A model generated the notes under the pieces. The model worked only from the letters and a program-made list of their open reading frames with translations. It was not told the origin of the DNA and searched no databases. A stretch of DNA of 64,000 nt from the IMG/VR virus record IMGVR_UViG_3300031335_000002, one strand, 5' to 3'. How positions within the stretch are numbered: the stretch's first letter is position 1; each line of letters starts with the position of its first letter. Made by a program: the position numbers and the translations under genes. Shown in pieces: positions 18,535 to 28,590 of the stretch. Source of the DNA: an uncultured virus (IMG/VR IMGVR_UViG_3300031335_000002) (taxonomy: Duplodnaviria; Heunggongvirae; Uroviricota; Caudoviricetes).

Positions 18535-20148
18535 TTATTCTTGTACTTGTCCACCGTAGTCATTCATAGATCGAGCCATTTGGGCTACAGGGTCAGCCCT
18601 AATCTCGCTTACACCCTTTTCATCGTTGTAGTCGCCCGGAATGAAATCATTCTCCTTAGCGATATTAATAAAGACAGAACGAGGAATAAGGCCCATCTGG
18701 TACCACTCTGTAACAAGACGCATACCATCTTCACCCTGAGCCTGAGGACTAAAGTCCTTAGACATAGCAAAGTCAATATCTTCTGCTGTTAGTTCAAGAT
18801 CGTAGCGCCAGTTAATCATAAACGCAATAACAGACCGCATGGTATTAGAAATCTTCATATTAAGAGTACCAAGAGTGGCTGTCTGTGATGAGTTACGAAG
18901 CTCTAGTGCAATACCCGACTCTGTTGTCTCTGGGGCAAGCATACGAATACCCAGCTTAGCTAGTTCCTCTAGAGTTTGTTCAATAGAGTCCTTCATATCG
19001 CTAAGAGCAGCGGTAGGAGGAGTGAGAACATCCGCTGTAACACCGCTAGGAAGGAACATCATAGTACCTAAACCTTGGCTAGCAATCTTCTGCTGTTCAC
19101 CCTCTTCAATGTCTCCTATAAAGATAGGTGTGTAGGTAGCTGCGCCATACATCAAGTGGTTACGCCTAGAGATCTTATTGTAAAGGCCAATTTCTCGGTT
19201 AACAAAGGTTAATAGGATAGGCTCTTCAATATGAGTTTCACCGTCGAGAGGCCAAGCAGGGATACGTGCAAGACGCTTACCAAACTGTTGTGGTTTAAAG
19301 GTTTCATAAAGTTCATAACCAGTCTCTTCAATCCCTTCTTTTCCGGGTTTAAGACTGTTGTCAGTAATTTCTCCACCTTGAGCAGTGGCTGTAGAATTAT
19401 TTTCTTTACGATACTCATCAACAACTAGAAAACCTTCCCTATCAATGTAATGATCTCTTACGGTACTGACTAAGGTAGGATGCCAAGGGTTGTCATTTTT
19501 GTATACCGGAGTATAAAAACGAGTAATAAACCGTGTCATAGCCGGTAGGCCTGTAACGGGATGATATCCCTCAATAACGTTGATCACATTCTCTGCTGAA
19601 ATAAGAGAAGGATAAGGCTTTACATAGTTTGCCTGCTTTGGAGTCATGTTCTCAGTTTCTTCTGGGGATACAGAAGGAACATCAACATAAATCCATGAAT
19701 ATGAAGTTTGCATCTCTTCCCAGACTGCGTCATCAAGAAAGTGAAACAGAGACTGATTATCAGAAGTAAATCTGTGTCTAATCCAGTCAATCATTTCCAT
19801 CCTTAGAGTCTCTGGAATTTCATCAGGAAGTTCAAGATTAGATTCTTTTCTTAATAGAGCACCAGTCATTGAACGAGCGTACTGAGCAGTAACCCCCGGT
19901 AGTTCAGCTTCATCTTTATAGAAATTGTATTGATTTTGATCCATAGTAGGCGAGAAAGGAAGCAAGATGTTCTTCTTATTGCCATCATGATCAATGTCAT
20001 GAACAATCTCATCGTGGGCCTTTACAGCCTCTTGGCCTCGGACCACAGCTCGGCACTTCGCCCAAGTCGATCTAATAGAATCGTATTGATAGGACGGAGT
20101 ACCCACACTCGACTTGTTTACAGAGGTCGAGAGAGTAATTTTGGCCAT
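18535..20148 (-). CDS. portal protein (DUF4055-like)
   Basis: 537 aa; W..CRAVVRGQEAVK, KPYPSLISAENVIN; upstream of the MuF, scaffold and capsid genes. Confidence 0.85.
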   Translation of the reverse strand: MAKITLSTSVNKSSVGTPSYQYDSIRSTWAKCRAVVRGQEAVKAHDEIVHDIDHDGNKKNILLPFSPTMDQNQYNFYKDEAELPGVTAQYARSMTGALLRKESNLELPDEIPETLRMEMIDWIRHRFTSDNQSLFHFLDDAVWEEMQTSYSWIYVDVPSVSPEETENMTPKQANYVKPYPSLISAENVINVIEGYHPVTGLPAMTRFITRFYTPVYKNDNPWHPTLVSTVRDHYIDREGFLVVDEYRKENNSTATAQGGEITDNSLKPGKEGIEETGYELYETFKPQQFGKRLARIPAWPLDGETHIEEPILLTFVNREIGLYNKISRRNHLMYGAATYTPIFIGDIEEGEQQKIASQGLGTMMFLPSGVTADVLTPPTAALSDMKDSIEQTLEELAKLGIRMLAPETTESGIALELRNSSQTATLGTLNMKISNTMRSVIAFMINWRYDLELTAEDIDFAMSKDFSPQAQGEDGMRLVTEWYQMGLIPRSVFINIAKENDFIPGDYNDEKGVSEIRADPVAQMARSMNDYGGQVQE

Positions 20149-20199
20149 GTCCGGCCCTCCTTTCTGCTTAAATTACCTTAAATTAAGGGGTTTTCTCTT

Positions 20200-20217
20200 C
20201 TTTAACACATCGTATTT
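20200..20217 (-). promoter_or_regulatory. class B phage RNAP promoter (AAATACGATGTGTTAAA|GAAGAG)
   Basis: Same initiation region as class A with a T7-like ATACGA binding region; upstream of portal. Confidence 0.65.
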
Positions 20218-20410
20218 ATGTTTTGTCTGCTGTAGGATCCTCTCTTGAGATCTAAGGCTTGAGGCTCTTTAAAAGTACTTGTTTAAGCTATCAACAAACA
20301 ACAATGCTTTCGATTCAAGAGAGGTCCTCTTAGGGTCTCTTCTTAGCATCTACTGACTCCGATCTCGTCAGTAAGGTCCCTAGTTAGGATTCTTAAGGGT
20401 TTTCCCCTCT

Positions 20411-20428
20411 CTTTAACGTCACCTATTT
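20411..20428 (-). promoter_or_regulatory. class A phage RNAP promoter
   Basis: AAATAGGTGACGTTAAA|GAGAGG. Confidence 0.8.
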
Positions 20429-20555
20429 ATGTCTTTATTTACAAAGACTTATCTATCCTAAAACCATGAGTTTTGTCTAAATTTAGCATCTACTGACTCC
20501 GATCTCGGCAGTAAGGTCCCTAGTTAGGATTCTTTAAATTTTCTTTTTTCCTCTT

Positions 20556-20573
20556 CTTTAACGCATCGTATTT
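20556..20573 (-). promoter_or_regulatory. class B phage RNAP promoter
   Basis: AAATACGATGCGTTAAA|GAAGAG. Confidence 0.65.
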
Positions 20574-20618
20574 ATCTTGATGAAAACAAAGGTTTTTCAT
20601 TAACCTTCTGCTAAGATA

Positions 20619-20843
20619 TTAATCACAACCGGTATCGAACCCTTTGATAACTCTTACTGCTGTAATGATGACATTCGGATGGGTCTGCTCATTATACCTT
20701 AGAAGAGATTCAGCTAAATTACCAACTGGCTCTTCTAACGTTTCACAAATAGCCCCATCTGAAGCCTCTGGATTAATTGCTCCTGTCAAGGAGGTACTGC
20801 AAGCTGTCGTTAACGTTATTAGGAGCAAGGCGAAGAGACTCAT
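20619..20843 (-). CDS. o-spanin (Rz1-like lipoprotein)
   Basis: MSLFALLLITLTTA-C lipobox; overlaps the i-spanin end. Confidence 0.75.
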   Translation of the reverse strand: MSLFALLLITLTTACSTSLTGAINPEASDGAICETLEEPVGNLAESLLRYNEQTHPNVIITAVRVIKGFDTGCD

Positions 20844-20994
20844 TGATTTTCTTCCTGCGTTCATTTTGGTTCTCCTGAAGTTCAATAGTAATTTCACTCC
20901 GCTCTGCAGTTCTAACGTACCTCAAAGCACCAAATACAGTGCCTCCTAGTGCAATAACAACCGCGATAGCAATTAAGATAGTTTTGATTGGCAT
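20773..20994 (-). CDS. i-spanin (Rz-like)
   Basis: N-terminal TM segment followed by coiled coil; in lysis cassette. Confidence 0.7.
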   Translation of the reverse strand: MPIKTILIAIAVVIALGGTVFGALRYVRTAERSEITIELQENQNERRKKINESLRLAPNNVNDSLQYLLDRSN

Positions 20995-20995
20995 A

Positions 20996-21274
20996 TCATT
21001 CCCACCCTTCTTCATACTTAACTTTGTCACGTTTTGCCACATTTTCTGTGATCTCATGCAATCCAAGTGCCGAGCAAACAGCAGCTAGAGTGGGCGTGAA
21101 AGTTGTTTCCAGAAAAGAAGTATCACCAGAAAACATACCCCAACCTAGACAAGCAATAAAAGTTCCACCTGTGAACTCGCGCTTGTAGGTCTTTTTTCGG
21201 GGTCCTTGCTTTTCAGTGAATTTCTTTTTAACAAGATCAGGGGCTTTTTCTCCTGTTTCAATCTTATCGGTCAT
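20996..21274 (-). CDS. putative holin
   Basis: 92 aa with two hydrophobic segments, between endolysin and spanins. Confidence 0.55.
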   Translation of the reverse strand: MTDKIETGEKAPDLVKKKFTEKQGPRKKTYKREFTGGTFIACLGWGMFSGDTSFLETTFTPTLAAVCSALGLHEITENVAKRDKVKYEEGWE

Positions 21275-21737
21275 ACCCCGGCGCTCCCTTTGGAATCTCG
21301 AAGTGTACCCAGTCAATAAAGCTGTGGTCTGTGTGTTGACCATCACCATCCCAGTCAGCGCCCCAACGAATAGGCACACCTAGTTTCTGACCAGCTAGCC
21401 TCATAGCAACACCAATTGCTTGATATCCTTCATACTTGCCCGCGTGGTCTACTTTGTAGAATGACTTAACGTTATCAGTATTCCAACTAATGTTACCGTT
21501 TTCCCACCAAGCTAGATCGACAGCCATACCAACAAGGTGACGGCTGTTCATTGTCTTTGACTTCCCTTCACTAACTAAACGACGCTGCCTTTCTCTAGAC
21601 CTCATACCCTCAATTACAGCAAAGTCCTCTGTGGAGTACTCGCTTAGGGCAAGATATACAACGCGAATTAGATCGGGGTGCACCCCCGCGAGACGATCGC
21701 GGGAGCGCTTAGACAGAACAAATCCTGTTTTTGTCAT
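21264..21737 (-). CDS. endolysin, M15-family L-Ala-D-Glu peptidase
   Basis: LSKRSRDRLAGVHPDL, EGMRS, SRHLVGMAVD, IRWGADW, DWVHFE. Confidence 0.92.
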   Translation of the reverse strand: MTKTGFVLSKRSRDRLAGVHPDLIRVVYLALSEYSTEDFAVIEGMRSRERQRRLVSEGKSKTMNSRHLVGMAVDLAWWENGNISWNTDNVKSFYKVDHAGKYEGYQAIGVAMRLAGQKLGVPIRWGADWDGDGQHTDHSFIDWVHFEIPKGAPGYDR

Positions 21738-22150
21738 AATTTATCTCTTCCTTTAACTTTTTTCTTTTTAGGGGGTTCAGGCCAAGCTGGAGCCTTTGGA
21801 TTAAGTGTGTTGTCAGGCAGATCTCTAAGAGCTTTCCTGTAATCAGTCCAAGCTTTCTTGTCTGATTCCACATCTGGTAACAAGAATTTATCCGAAGCTG
21901 CTAGCTTTTTATTACGTTTTAGTCTAAATACGCGCCATTCTTCTTCTTTTCGGCGCTTGTTCTCCTCTTTAATTATGACGTCTTGTTCTTTTTCTACTAG
22001 AACTCCGTTAGAAAAGGTTAGATCCTTAGGCTTAACGTTATAAGAAAATTCTGCGATAAGTTGGCCTTCTTCTAAAACTCTCTCAAGCCACTCACGATTA
22101 CGTGATGTACCTAGAATTTCTTCTTTGTTATTATACAAAATATAAATCAT
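21734..22150 (-). CDS. tail fibre assembly chaperone-like protein
   Basis: C-terminal RNKKLAASD...WTDYRKALRDLP...WPEPP. Confidence 0.75.
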   Translation of the reverse strand: MIYILYNNKEEILGTSRNREWLERVLEEGQLIAEFSYNVKPKDLTFSNGVLVEKEQDVIIKEENKRRKEEEWRVFRLKRNKKLAASDKFLLPDVESDKKAWTDYRKALRDLPDNTLNPKAPAWPEPPKKKKVKGRDKL

Positions 22151-25100
22151 TTGAACCTCACAAATATAGAAGAAATACAGTCAAGAAGTTCAATATCACC
22201 AGATTCTCCCATCCAGTATACAAATACAGAAAAGAGCGCTTCTGCAGGATTTCCATTAAAAGATCTAATGTTTTCAAGATCTTTAAGAACGCTTACAACA
22301 GTAACGTAGTCGGTTTCTTGTTCTATTGGTGATAGAAGACGTTGTTTCATAACATGGTAGCCAGTACCACGGACTTTACCATCACCTTGGTATATATCAA
22401 CAGTTCCTGTTCCTGTTCCTGCAGTAGTAGCAGAGAATAAATCTCCGGGGTTGTATAAAAGACCTGCTGTACCGGCCATGTTATTCCAGGTGCCTTGAGA
22501 GGTAGACCCTAATGATTTTATTATGTAAGTGACCCCAGATATAACCGAAGTAACAGGTATGTCAATAATGTTTGTTGTGCTAATAGTACTCCCAACAGAT
22601 TTAGTCTGTCCTACGGTACCATCCAAAGCATTCCAGTTTGCTTGCCCCGCACTACCAAGGTCGAGGATTGTGTAAGAGGAAAGGCTATTCATAAATCCAC
22701 AGCTAACATCCATTAACACATAAGGACTACCCGCTTCAATTTTATAACCCCAAGCATCATTATCTGCGACTAAATTAGAGTAAACATGCTCGAAGTTAAC
22801 AGCAATCTGAACATCAGCATTATAAGCAGGGGGTATATCTAAGGTAGCCCCGCCCACTAGTTGTAAGAAGTTAATCCCCTGCATAGGTAGGTTTCCCCTA
22901 TATAAATTATCTTCTAGCTGAGTGATATTACCACCCTTAACTATAAGTTTACCACTACCGTCCGAGGATAAGCTTCCATCTCCAATACTGATTTTATCAG
23001 CAGTTAAAGTATCGCTTACAAGCAGATTACCATCAATGACTTCATCTTGCTTAACCCAAGTAGATCCGGTATAGATCCATACAGATTGACTAGTTGGACT
23101 AGCCTGTGCACCTGTATAGAACCAAGCTTGATCACTTGAGATTGGTGGTGTAGGTGTATTGAGATCAGAGTTCCATCTCGTCTGGGCTGTATAAGCACTA
23201 GTAGGAAGAGAGGTAACAGGTATGTTCCATCTCCCCGGACCTCTAGCACCTACGGGTCCATCTTCACCGTCACTACCACTCATACCAACGACACTTGCCG
23301 CAGAGAACTCAGCGGTATTAATGATGTCGGTACTTTCACGACTAGCCGCCGTAGCTTGAATAGCAAAGAGATACTCTCCCGCATTAAGAGACGGAGCAGT
23401 CTGTGCCCAGTTTCCTAGGATACCTGTTAAGACGCCTGTATTAAAGTTGTAGGTCAAGTCACCAGTAGGATCCGCTGGTGGTGTAGTAGTTGTATTCTTA
23501 GCGTAGAGAGTAACAAACGCTGTATTGATACCGTCTTGGCCAGCCGAAGACTCAACAACCGGATTAGAAAACTCTGTTCCAGCTAGGGAGTTTGTCGCCG
23601 TAGTAGCTGAAGCAGTAGCTCTAGTTACCCATAGCTCTTCGTTTGGATTCAAGCTAGGGGGTAGCTTAGACCACCCGTTGAGGTTACCACCAGTAAGATC
23701 TGCTGTGCTAAAGGTATAATTAAATGTACCAGTAGGTTTAGGTGGTGGGGTAGAACCAGAGGCTAGTTTCTGGAATAACAGAACAATTGCTGAGTTAAGA
23801 CCATTTTCACCGTCACTACCACCAATACCGCTAGAAACGATAACAAACGGAAGAGATATTAGAGCAATAGACGTACCATCATTAAACTGAAAAGTAACAG
23901 TTGCAAGTTCATCATTAACACTAACACTAGGTGTAATAAACCCAACGTTTACTTCATCTGGTATATCCGCTGATCTGTCTGTAACAGGGGCAGACCAAGT
24001 ATTACCAGAGCGCGACAGTCGGTAACGGTTTCTTGCTACAGTAAGACCTGCTTTAATAAAGATTACATCAATATCAAGGAATGTATCACTGTAAGTTCCT
24101 GCATTAGGATTGTATATGATCTGGCCTTGTGTGACATACACCGCATTTGATGTGATACCTGAGGTCACAGGTGCTTGGCTAGTAACCTGTATGTTGTCTG
24201 AGTAGGCACTAGAATTACCTTGAGTATCAACTGCACAAACCCTGTAGTTATACAGTGTATTTGGTAGCCTGTTAGAGTCAGTAAACTTAGAACCAACCTC
24301 TGTACCAACTAGGGTTGTTGGGTTAGCAAACACAGACCGATAAATCTGGTACTCTTTGAAGTCTAGCAGAGGTGAGTTATCAATGTTTTGTGTAACTTCG
24401 TCCCAAGTTAGATCAATTACGGTACCCTCGGCAGTAGCCACTAGGTTTTGTGGAGGTTTAGGGAAAGTACTATCAACACCAGAAGTGAAGGCGATATGTG
24501 TAGGCTCAGACTCTAAGCCAGAGGTAAGAATAGTTTTCACTATTGCATGGTAATCCTTACCCCCATCGAGGGAGGGTATCCTAACAGAGTTTGATACACT
24601 CGTAGCTGTTTGCCGTAATACATCATCTACCTTCTTATACTCAATAAGGTAAGAAGCATCATTGTATACAGTATCCCAAGTTAGATCAACGTAAGAGTTA
24701 GATACTGCGCCTTTAAAAAATTCTACCCCTGTAGAGGCTTGCAAATTTGTTGGCTTACTAATAGTAAAGTCAAACACAGGTTGAGAAGTATAAGGAATAT
24801 CATCTGGCACATTCCAAGCAAACATGTTAGCTGTTACAAGTGTTGCTTTGACTTTAACAGAAAAATCCACCCTGATTTCAACTTCTTCTGCTTTCCAAAT
24901 ACCATTTGGGGCGTTCGTAAGTTCAGAGTCAATTCTGAAGAAATCACCGGGTTCAATCCTAAGACCTTTTCTGCTTAAAGTGATCTCAAGGTTATTTGAG
25001 TCACGAGAGATCCTTACTGTTTGCTCAGCTTCAGCCATAGCGTGGTAAGGTGTCGTAGCATCAGAAGTAATTGTACTCTCATAGATCTTATTGTTGTCTT

Positions 25101-26613
25101 CAGCTAGGTAAGTGTTATGAACAGTACTTCCTCGCTCGGGCCAAGAAATGGAATCCGAAGCAAAGTTCTCAAACTCGTTATTGAAATCAACCGTTACTCG
25201 GTTAAACCTTTGAGCGGCTTGACCAAATTCTTCTTGAATGCTTCCAACACGAAGAATATCATCATCACCAAAGGTGTTGTCTGCATTGATAAGTGCTTCT
25301 AGTTCTGCGTCAGTATCAGGATAATTCATAACAAGACGGTATTTACCATCGTTGGTCCAAACCAAATCTGCAAAAGGAATACCGCTTAAGATAGATTCAA
25401 TATTATCCCTAACACTTTGGCTGGGATCAATTGTTAAGTTACCTTCAAACCTATACACATCTTTTCGAGGAGCAGAGATTTCAACGTATTGGCCGATCTC
25501 TTCTACGGGCTGACTTAAGAGAGCATAATACTGAGTGGAGGTCAGCCCGTACTGATCCCAGATCCCCCAGGACTGCTCCTGGCCCCTGGGGGGCTGATAG
25601 TCATCAATCGGATTCAGCGACCCAATCGGATCATAGATTTCTGATACGAATTTATAGAACTTACCCGTATCAACGGCCTTGTAGATGGTAGACCCTGATG
25701 GGTGTCCAAAGTAGTCTTGATCTTTAAGAGACTGTTTAGTAGGGAAGCCAGAGAGTGTACCGTACTCACGGAGAGGGCCTAGACCATTAACACCACCACC
25801 AAACTGTTGGTCAGACATAGCAACCACACCAGCAATACCTGCTGCTCTACCAAAGGAGTCAATTTCAATTTGGCTATCAAGCAGACCTGCACCGTAGGGT
25901 GCGGTCAGATAATCAAACAGAACTTCTACGCGATTGTTAGAGTACTCCTTGTATCCGGATATACCATATGATCCCCCTCCGAGGTCGTCAAATGTGCGAA
26001 TGTGGTTACCTTTAACAAGGAACTGTAGTCGTGGTATGCCACTGTACTGAGGCTCTTTACGGTTTAGTTTGAATATGTTAGTAGAGTAAGCACAGTTAGT
26101 GAACCTGTTTGTTGCCGGTCGACCGTTAGCAGTATCAAGAGGTTCTGCTGTACCACCACTGTAGTGTACGTAGAAGTTATGAGTAAACTTCTTTTGCTGA
26201 TATTTATAGGTAGTTGAGTTAACAAGAATGTCTTCAACACTCTCAATTCTTGTACCTTGGGTGTTACACAGAGCAGTGTTAAACATTAGGTAAGAGTTCT
26301 TACCAGCGTTGTGGGTACCACCTTCAAAACTAAAGTCTTCCGGTTGTTTAAAGGCATTACTTGCAGCAGTAACAGCGGGTGTGATTGAGCTACGCACTCT
26401 ATGGTTAAGCTCAGTACCACCAATAATCTGTTTTCCGTAAATAATAGGAAGAGGTCCGACCTCACCCCTTACTGGAATAAAGAAGCCTCGTCTCTTATCA
26501 GCCTCCGCCTCAGCCTTTCTTCTTGCCCTGTCTTGTTTTTTCTTTTGGTTCCTGGCTGAAATAACTTGAAATGCCGCTGAAACGGCAAATAGGACTAAAG
26601 ACTCAATACCCAT
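22147..26613 (-). CDS. central tail tip / host specificity protein (J-like) with FN3 domains
   Basis: 1488 aa; LPIIYG, GIPRLQFLVKG, FNRVTVDF; FN3 repeats (PQNLVAT...LTWD...YQIYRS). Confidence 0.88.
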   Translation of the reverse strand: MGIESLVLFAVSAAFQVISARNQKKKQDRARRKAEAEADKRRGFFIPVRGEVGPLPIIYGKQIIGGTELNHRVRSSITPAVTAASNAFKQPEDFSFEGGTHNAGKNSYLMFNTALCNTQGTRIESVEDILVNSTTYKYQQKKFTHNFYVHYSGGTAEPLDTANGRPATNRFTNCAYSTNIFKLNRKEPQYSGIPRLQFLVKGNHIRTFDDLGGGSYGISGYKEYSNNRVEVLFDYLTAPYGAGLLDSQIEIDSFGRAAGIAGVVAMSDQQFGGGVNGLGPLREYGTLSGFPTKQSLKDQDYFGHPSGSTIYKAVDTGKFYKFVSEIYDPIGSLNPIDDYQPPRGQEQSWGIWDQYGLTSTQYYALLSQPVEEIGQYVEISAPRKDVYRFEGNLTIDPSQSVRDNIESILSGIPFADLVWTNDGKYRLVMNYPDTDAELEALINADNTFGDDDILRVGSIQEEFGQAAQRFNRVTVDFNNEFENFASDSISWPERGSTVHNTYLAEDNNKIYESTITSDATTPYHAMAEAEQTVRISRDSNNLEITLSRKGLRIEPGDFFRIDSELTNAPNGIWKAEEVEIRVDFSVKVKATLVTANMFAWNVPDDIPYTSQPVFDFTISKPTNLQASTGVEFFKGAVSNSYVDLTWDTVYNDASYLIEYKKVDDVLRQTATSVSNSVRIPSLDGGKDYHAIVKTILTSGLESEPTHIAFTSGVDSTFPKPPQNLVATAEGTVIDLTWDEVTQNIDNSPLLDFKEYQIYRSVFANPTTLVGTEVGSKFTDSNRLPNTLYNYRVCAVDTQGNSSAYSDNIQVTSQAPVTSGITSNAVYVTQGQIIYNPNAGTYSDTFLDIDVIFIKAGLTVARNRYRLSRSGNTWSAPVTDRSADIPDEVNVGFITPSVSVNDELATVTFQFNDGTSIALISLPFVIVSSGIGGSDGENGLNSAIVLLFQKLASGSTPPPKPTGTFNYTFSTADLTGGNLNGWSKLPPSLNPNEELWVTRATASATTATNSLAGTEFSNPVVESSAGQDGINTAFVTLYAKNTTTTPPADPTGDLTYNFNTGVLTGILGNWAQTAPSLNAGEYLFAIQATAASRESTDIINTAEFSAASVVGMSGSDGEDGPVGARGPGRWNIPVTSLPTSAYTAQTRWNSDLNTPTPPISSDQAWFYTGAQASPTSQSVWIYTGSTWVKQDEVIDGNLLVSDTLTADKISIGDGSLSSDGSGKLIVKGGNITQLEDNLYRGNLPMQGINFLQLVGGATLDIPPAYNADVQIAVNFEHVYSNLVADNDAWGYKIEAGSPYVLMDVSCGFMNSLSSYTILDLGSAGQANWNALDGTVGQTKSVGSTISTTNIIDIPVTSVISGVTYIIKSLGSTSQGTWNNMAGTAGLLYNPGDLFSATTAGTGTGTVDIYQGDGKVRGTGYHVMKQRLLSPIEQETDYVTVVSVLKDLENIRSFNGNPAEALFSVFVYWMGESGDIELLDCISSIFVRFK

Positions 26614-27176
26614 TAGATTTTCCCCCAGTTAAGTTCAATTTCAACGTTGTCGTAGACTTTATCAAAAGAAGTATCAGTGTCTGAGTACTGATTCATACCA
26701 TCCTTTGAAATCATCATAACGTTTACTGCATCAAATGCATCCATGGGGGAACTTCCTTCTAGAGACACAATCATTTCTTCAAAGTCATTAGATATACGAG
26801 GACGATCAATTGTTCCGTTGTAGACATTAATAATGTCTGCGGGGTCAAGCATTGGTCTTCCATCAGCATCAAGAAAACCCACTTTAACACTAATAGGCTT
26901 ACCAATAACGTTATTACCTTTGATCTCACTTCTAAGCAATTCGTCGTTGTCAGAAAAAGTTACTGTGTAAGCCGCCCTATCAACAACAGAATTATTACGG
27001 TAAGAGGAAACACTAAGCACCCCCCCATCAGACACATAAACGCCACCATCAAATGTAATATCAGAAGGGAAAGAAGTAAAACGATAGGTAGAGGTCAGGT
27101 CTAGCCTGATTAGATAAAATACTCGGATAGGGTCACGGTCTAGTGCCGCTTGTACATTTGGTGAAAACGTTCTCAT
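26613..27176 (-). CDS. tail hub / baseplate-like protein
   Basis: 187 aa; YRFTS...ITFDGGVY; C-terminal ELNWGK; upstream of the J-like gene. Confidence 0.7.
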   Translation of the reverse strand: MRTFSPNVQAALDRDPIRVFYLIRLDLTSTYRFTSFPSDITFDGGVYVSDGGVLSVSSYRNNSVVDRAAYTVTFSDNDELLRSEIKGNNVIGKPISVKVGFLDADGRPMLDPADIINVYNGTIDRPRISNDFEEMIVSLEGSSPMDAFDAVNVMMISKDGMNQYSDTDTSFDKVYDNVEIELNWGKI

Positions 27177-27190
27177 GACTGCTCCTTAGA

Positions 27191-27775
27191 TTAGATTTCT
27201 TCAACCAGATTCACTGTACCAGCATTAGAAAGAATACCATCAGAGAATGTAATGCCTTTGATGTCATTAACATCACGACTATAAGTTAGAAGGCAATTAG
27301 ACCCATGTTGTATTCCTGTAGATGAAGGCACGGACTGAATAAGGCCGGGGTGAATACGAGTAGAGCCAGAACCGTTCACGGTAGACTCTGTTAAATACAC
27401 CTTTGAATGGTTTGAAAACTTGATGAATGATCCGGCAGGAATTAGTCCCGATCCGGAGATGTTAATAGTTGTTGTTCCTGCTAAGTAAGTAGCCGAAGCG
27501 TTCATAAAACCAGCCGCCCAAGCTTCATCTACCGAGGGAAGTTGAGGCATAATCATAGTATCAACTGACCCAATAGCATCCCTAAATACCGATCCCACAA
27601 GAGACAGAGAAGAGCTTTCAATTGTGATAAGCTGAAAAGATAGCTCCCAACGCTGTGCGTTTTGGCTACTACGCTCTGTTTTAAGAGAGATAGTATCATT
27701 AGAGAACATAGGTTCATTTGATCTAAAGGTTATTGGGGCGGAAATCCTGTTTCCATTGTAGAAATAAGCTGTCAT
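27191..27775 (-). CDS. distal tail protein (putative)
   Basis: AQRWELSF, GSFIKFSNHSKVY; synteny. Confidence 0.65.
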   Translation of the reverse strand: MTAYFYNGNRISAPITFRSNEPMFSNDTISLKTERSSQNAQRWELSFQLITIESSSLSLVGSVFRDAIGSVDTMIMPQLPSVDEAWAAGFMNASATYLAGTTTINISGSGLIPAGSFIKFSNHSKVYLTESTVNGSGSTRIHPGLIQSVPSSTGIQHGSNCLLTYSRDVNDIKGITFSDGILSNAGTVNLVEEI

Positions 27776-28221
27776 TGTTGTTGTCTCCCTATACCGACAA
27801 TGGTCCTGTCTAAAAGAGGCAATACATCGCTTTGAACAACCATATCTCTTTCATTTATAAAGAATTCCGTATTAGAACCATAAACTAGCGAAGTATTAAG
27901 ACCTGAGGCTGTTCTACGAGCAATCAAATCACCTTCTCTTACGTCCTCTAAGTTTTCTATTTTTTGTAGGCCCAACTGAACAATAAATCTATCCATAGCT
28001 GGTTGCAGGGATCTAGTCTTTGTTCCTTTCATCATCTCTAATACAAAATGTTTGTTACTAAAAAAGGTTTGCCTTGTCCACTTGGGTTGTTGATAGCTAT
28101 GGTCTACTAACTGTTTATAAACTAGGACTAACGCCCAACAATCGTTGTGGCCTATAATGATGTTCCCTGTTTTTTTTAACCGGGCTTTCACTTCTTTGAT
28201 TGCCTCTAAAACTTCTTTCAT
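27772..28221 (-). CDS. NlpC/P60-like tail assembly protein (putative)
   Basis: GHNDCWALV and REGDLI motifs. Confidence 0.55.
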   Translation of the reverse strand: MKEVLEAIKEVKARLKKTGNIIIGHNDCWALVLVYKQLVDHSYQQPKWTRQTFFSNKHFVLEMMKGTKTRSLQPAMDRFIVQLGLQKIENLEDVREGDLIARRTASGLNTSLVYGSNTEFFINERDMVVQSDVLPLLDRTIVGIGRQQQ

Positions 28222-28267
28222 ACTCTTCTCCTAGTAAGTGAGGGAGGACCCTAAGGTTTCCCCCTCT

Positions 28268-28285
28268 CTTTAACGTCACCTAATT
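28268..28285 (-). promoter_or_regulatory. class A phage RNAP promoter for the tail-tip operon
   Basis: AATTAGGTGACGTTAAA|GAGAGG followed by a hairpin. Confidence 0.8.
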
Positions 28286-28590
28286 ATGTGATAAAAAACA
28301 AACCCTTAGTTACTCCCTTTTTTTTTTTTTCACTTTGAAGCTTAAGACTTGCTCCAAGACTTGTGAGTAAGTCAATTGGGCTTCCTTTAAAGAGCCGCTA
28401 AATGGACGGCCCCGGACAGTGTGTCCTGATCTTGGTTTGTCGTGTTGTCAGGTGACTACGACGTTGTAATCGACGCCATCAGTGAACAGCGATGAAGCAG
28501 ACCCAAATGTGTATACATCTATCCCGTCACTGGTTTCAGAAAACGTCAATTCTGTCCCGACGCCGCGCTGCGATTTGGGCGGCTACTGTT

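Larger units (their letters stand above)
20234..20600. repeat. promoter-linked structured repeat cluster 1
   Basis: TTAGCATCTACTGACTCCGATCTCGTCAGTAAGGTCCCTAGTTAGGAT at about 20343 and 20483; homologous to 38595-39237. Confidence 0.9.

Noticed and set aside
18360..18563. N-terminal extension of ORF 18213..18563
   Set aside because: Overlaps tRNA-Met, a tRNA remnant and a microsatellite; the RBS supports a start at 18359
20300..20375. Hammerhead ribozyme (CUGACGA...GAAA on the minus strand) in the repeat unit
   Set aside because: CUGACGA is sequestered in the UACUGAC/GUCAGUA hairpin, stem II is poor, the stem order does not fit, and one copy reads CUGCCGA. An Infernal scan would settle it.
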